Notes under the pieces: model-generated
The model's database searches: none
The model's input: the letters and a program-made list of their open reading frames with translations, nothing else
Told to the model about the DNA's origin: nothing
Position numbers and translations under genes: made by a program
Shown here: positions 63,490 through 64,000 of the stretch, one piece after another
Layout: each line of letters begins with the position of its first letter
Position numbering within the stretch: the stretch's first letter is position 1
DNA from: Octopus vulgaris
Lineage: Eukaryota
Length of the DNA stretch: 64,000 bases
Reading direction: 5' to 3'
Assembly: GCA_951406725.2 (NCBI GenBank)
Contig: OX597815.1
Span: 183,334,001 to 183,398,000, forward strand

Positions 63490-63890
63490 ATGCAAAACCT
63501 GAAATTGAAGGTCTTACAGTTAACTTAGCAAAGACCAGCATTCTAGTAAGCCGGAAAACAGATAGAACTCTACCTCCTTCAGGTAAATGGCCCTGCTTAG
63601 TATGTAGGAATGGTGTAGGCAAATGGTGCTGAGTAGTGACAGGAAGGTTAGTGGAGAAAGTAGTGTTTGTACGTGGAAAATGCAGAGATGCCATAAAAAC
63701 CTAAGATACATTGGAAATAGATTTTGTCAAATGCCCTGGAGAGTTGCTAGAGATAGTAGATAGTTTATGTTACCAGTACAGCTTAATTAGCCATAGGAAT
63801 ATGTCCTGAAATGAAAATATAGTTGCTAGAATACGAATGGGATAGAGTGAGTTCAGAGAGCTATTTACCACTATTGGAAATAGAAGGTCT
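63490..63890 (+). mobile_element. RTE-clade LINE fragment
   Basis: GLTVNLAKTSILVS..PSGKWPC.VC; similar to 51660-51830. Confidence 0.75.
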
Positions 63891-63932
63891 CTCTTTCTTT
63901 CTCTCTCTCTCACATATATGTGTGTGTGTGTG

Positions 63933-63982
<50 letters not shown>

Positions 63983-64000
63983 TATACATACACTCCACTA

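Overview
AT-rich, repeat-dense eukaryotic DNA. The SINE repertoire and (TA)n/(CA)n/(CAT)n content look like an octopus or other coleoid cephalopod (inferred, not proven). The whole window lies inside one large minus-strand gene. I traced 22 coding exons by hand (about 3.1 kb, about 1,035 aa), all with GT-AG boundaries where visible and frame-compatible phases. They encode a SCO-spondin-like secreted protein: C8-TIL-TIL-VWD-C8-TIL-(LDLa-like start)-[100-N assembly gap]-TSP1 x4-TIL-VWC, with start and stop codons outside the window. The introns contain tRNA-derived SINEs, RTE/R4/Penelope-like retroelement remnants, Tc1/mariner relics, TTAA-flanked (piggyBac-type) MITEs and Helitron-type elements. 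The most unusual signal is about ten type I hammerhead-ribozyme motifs. Several sit in sequence-unrelated mini-elements of the form (TA)n | inverted arm | hammerhead | arm | tail | (TA)n, and the best-preserved ones are on the host gene's sense strand.
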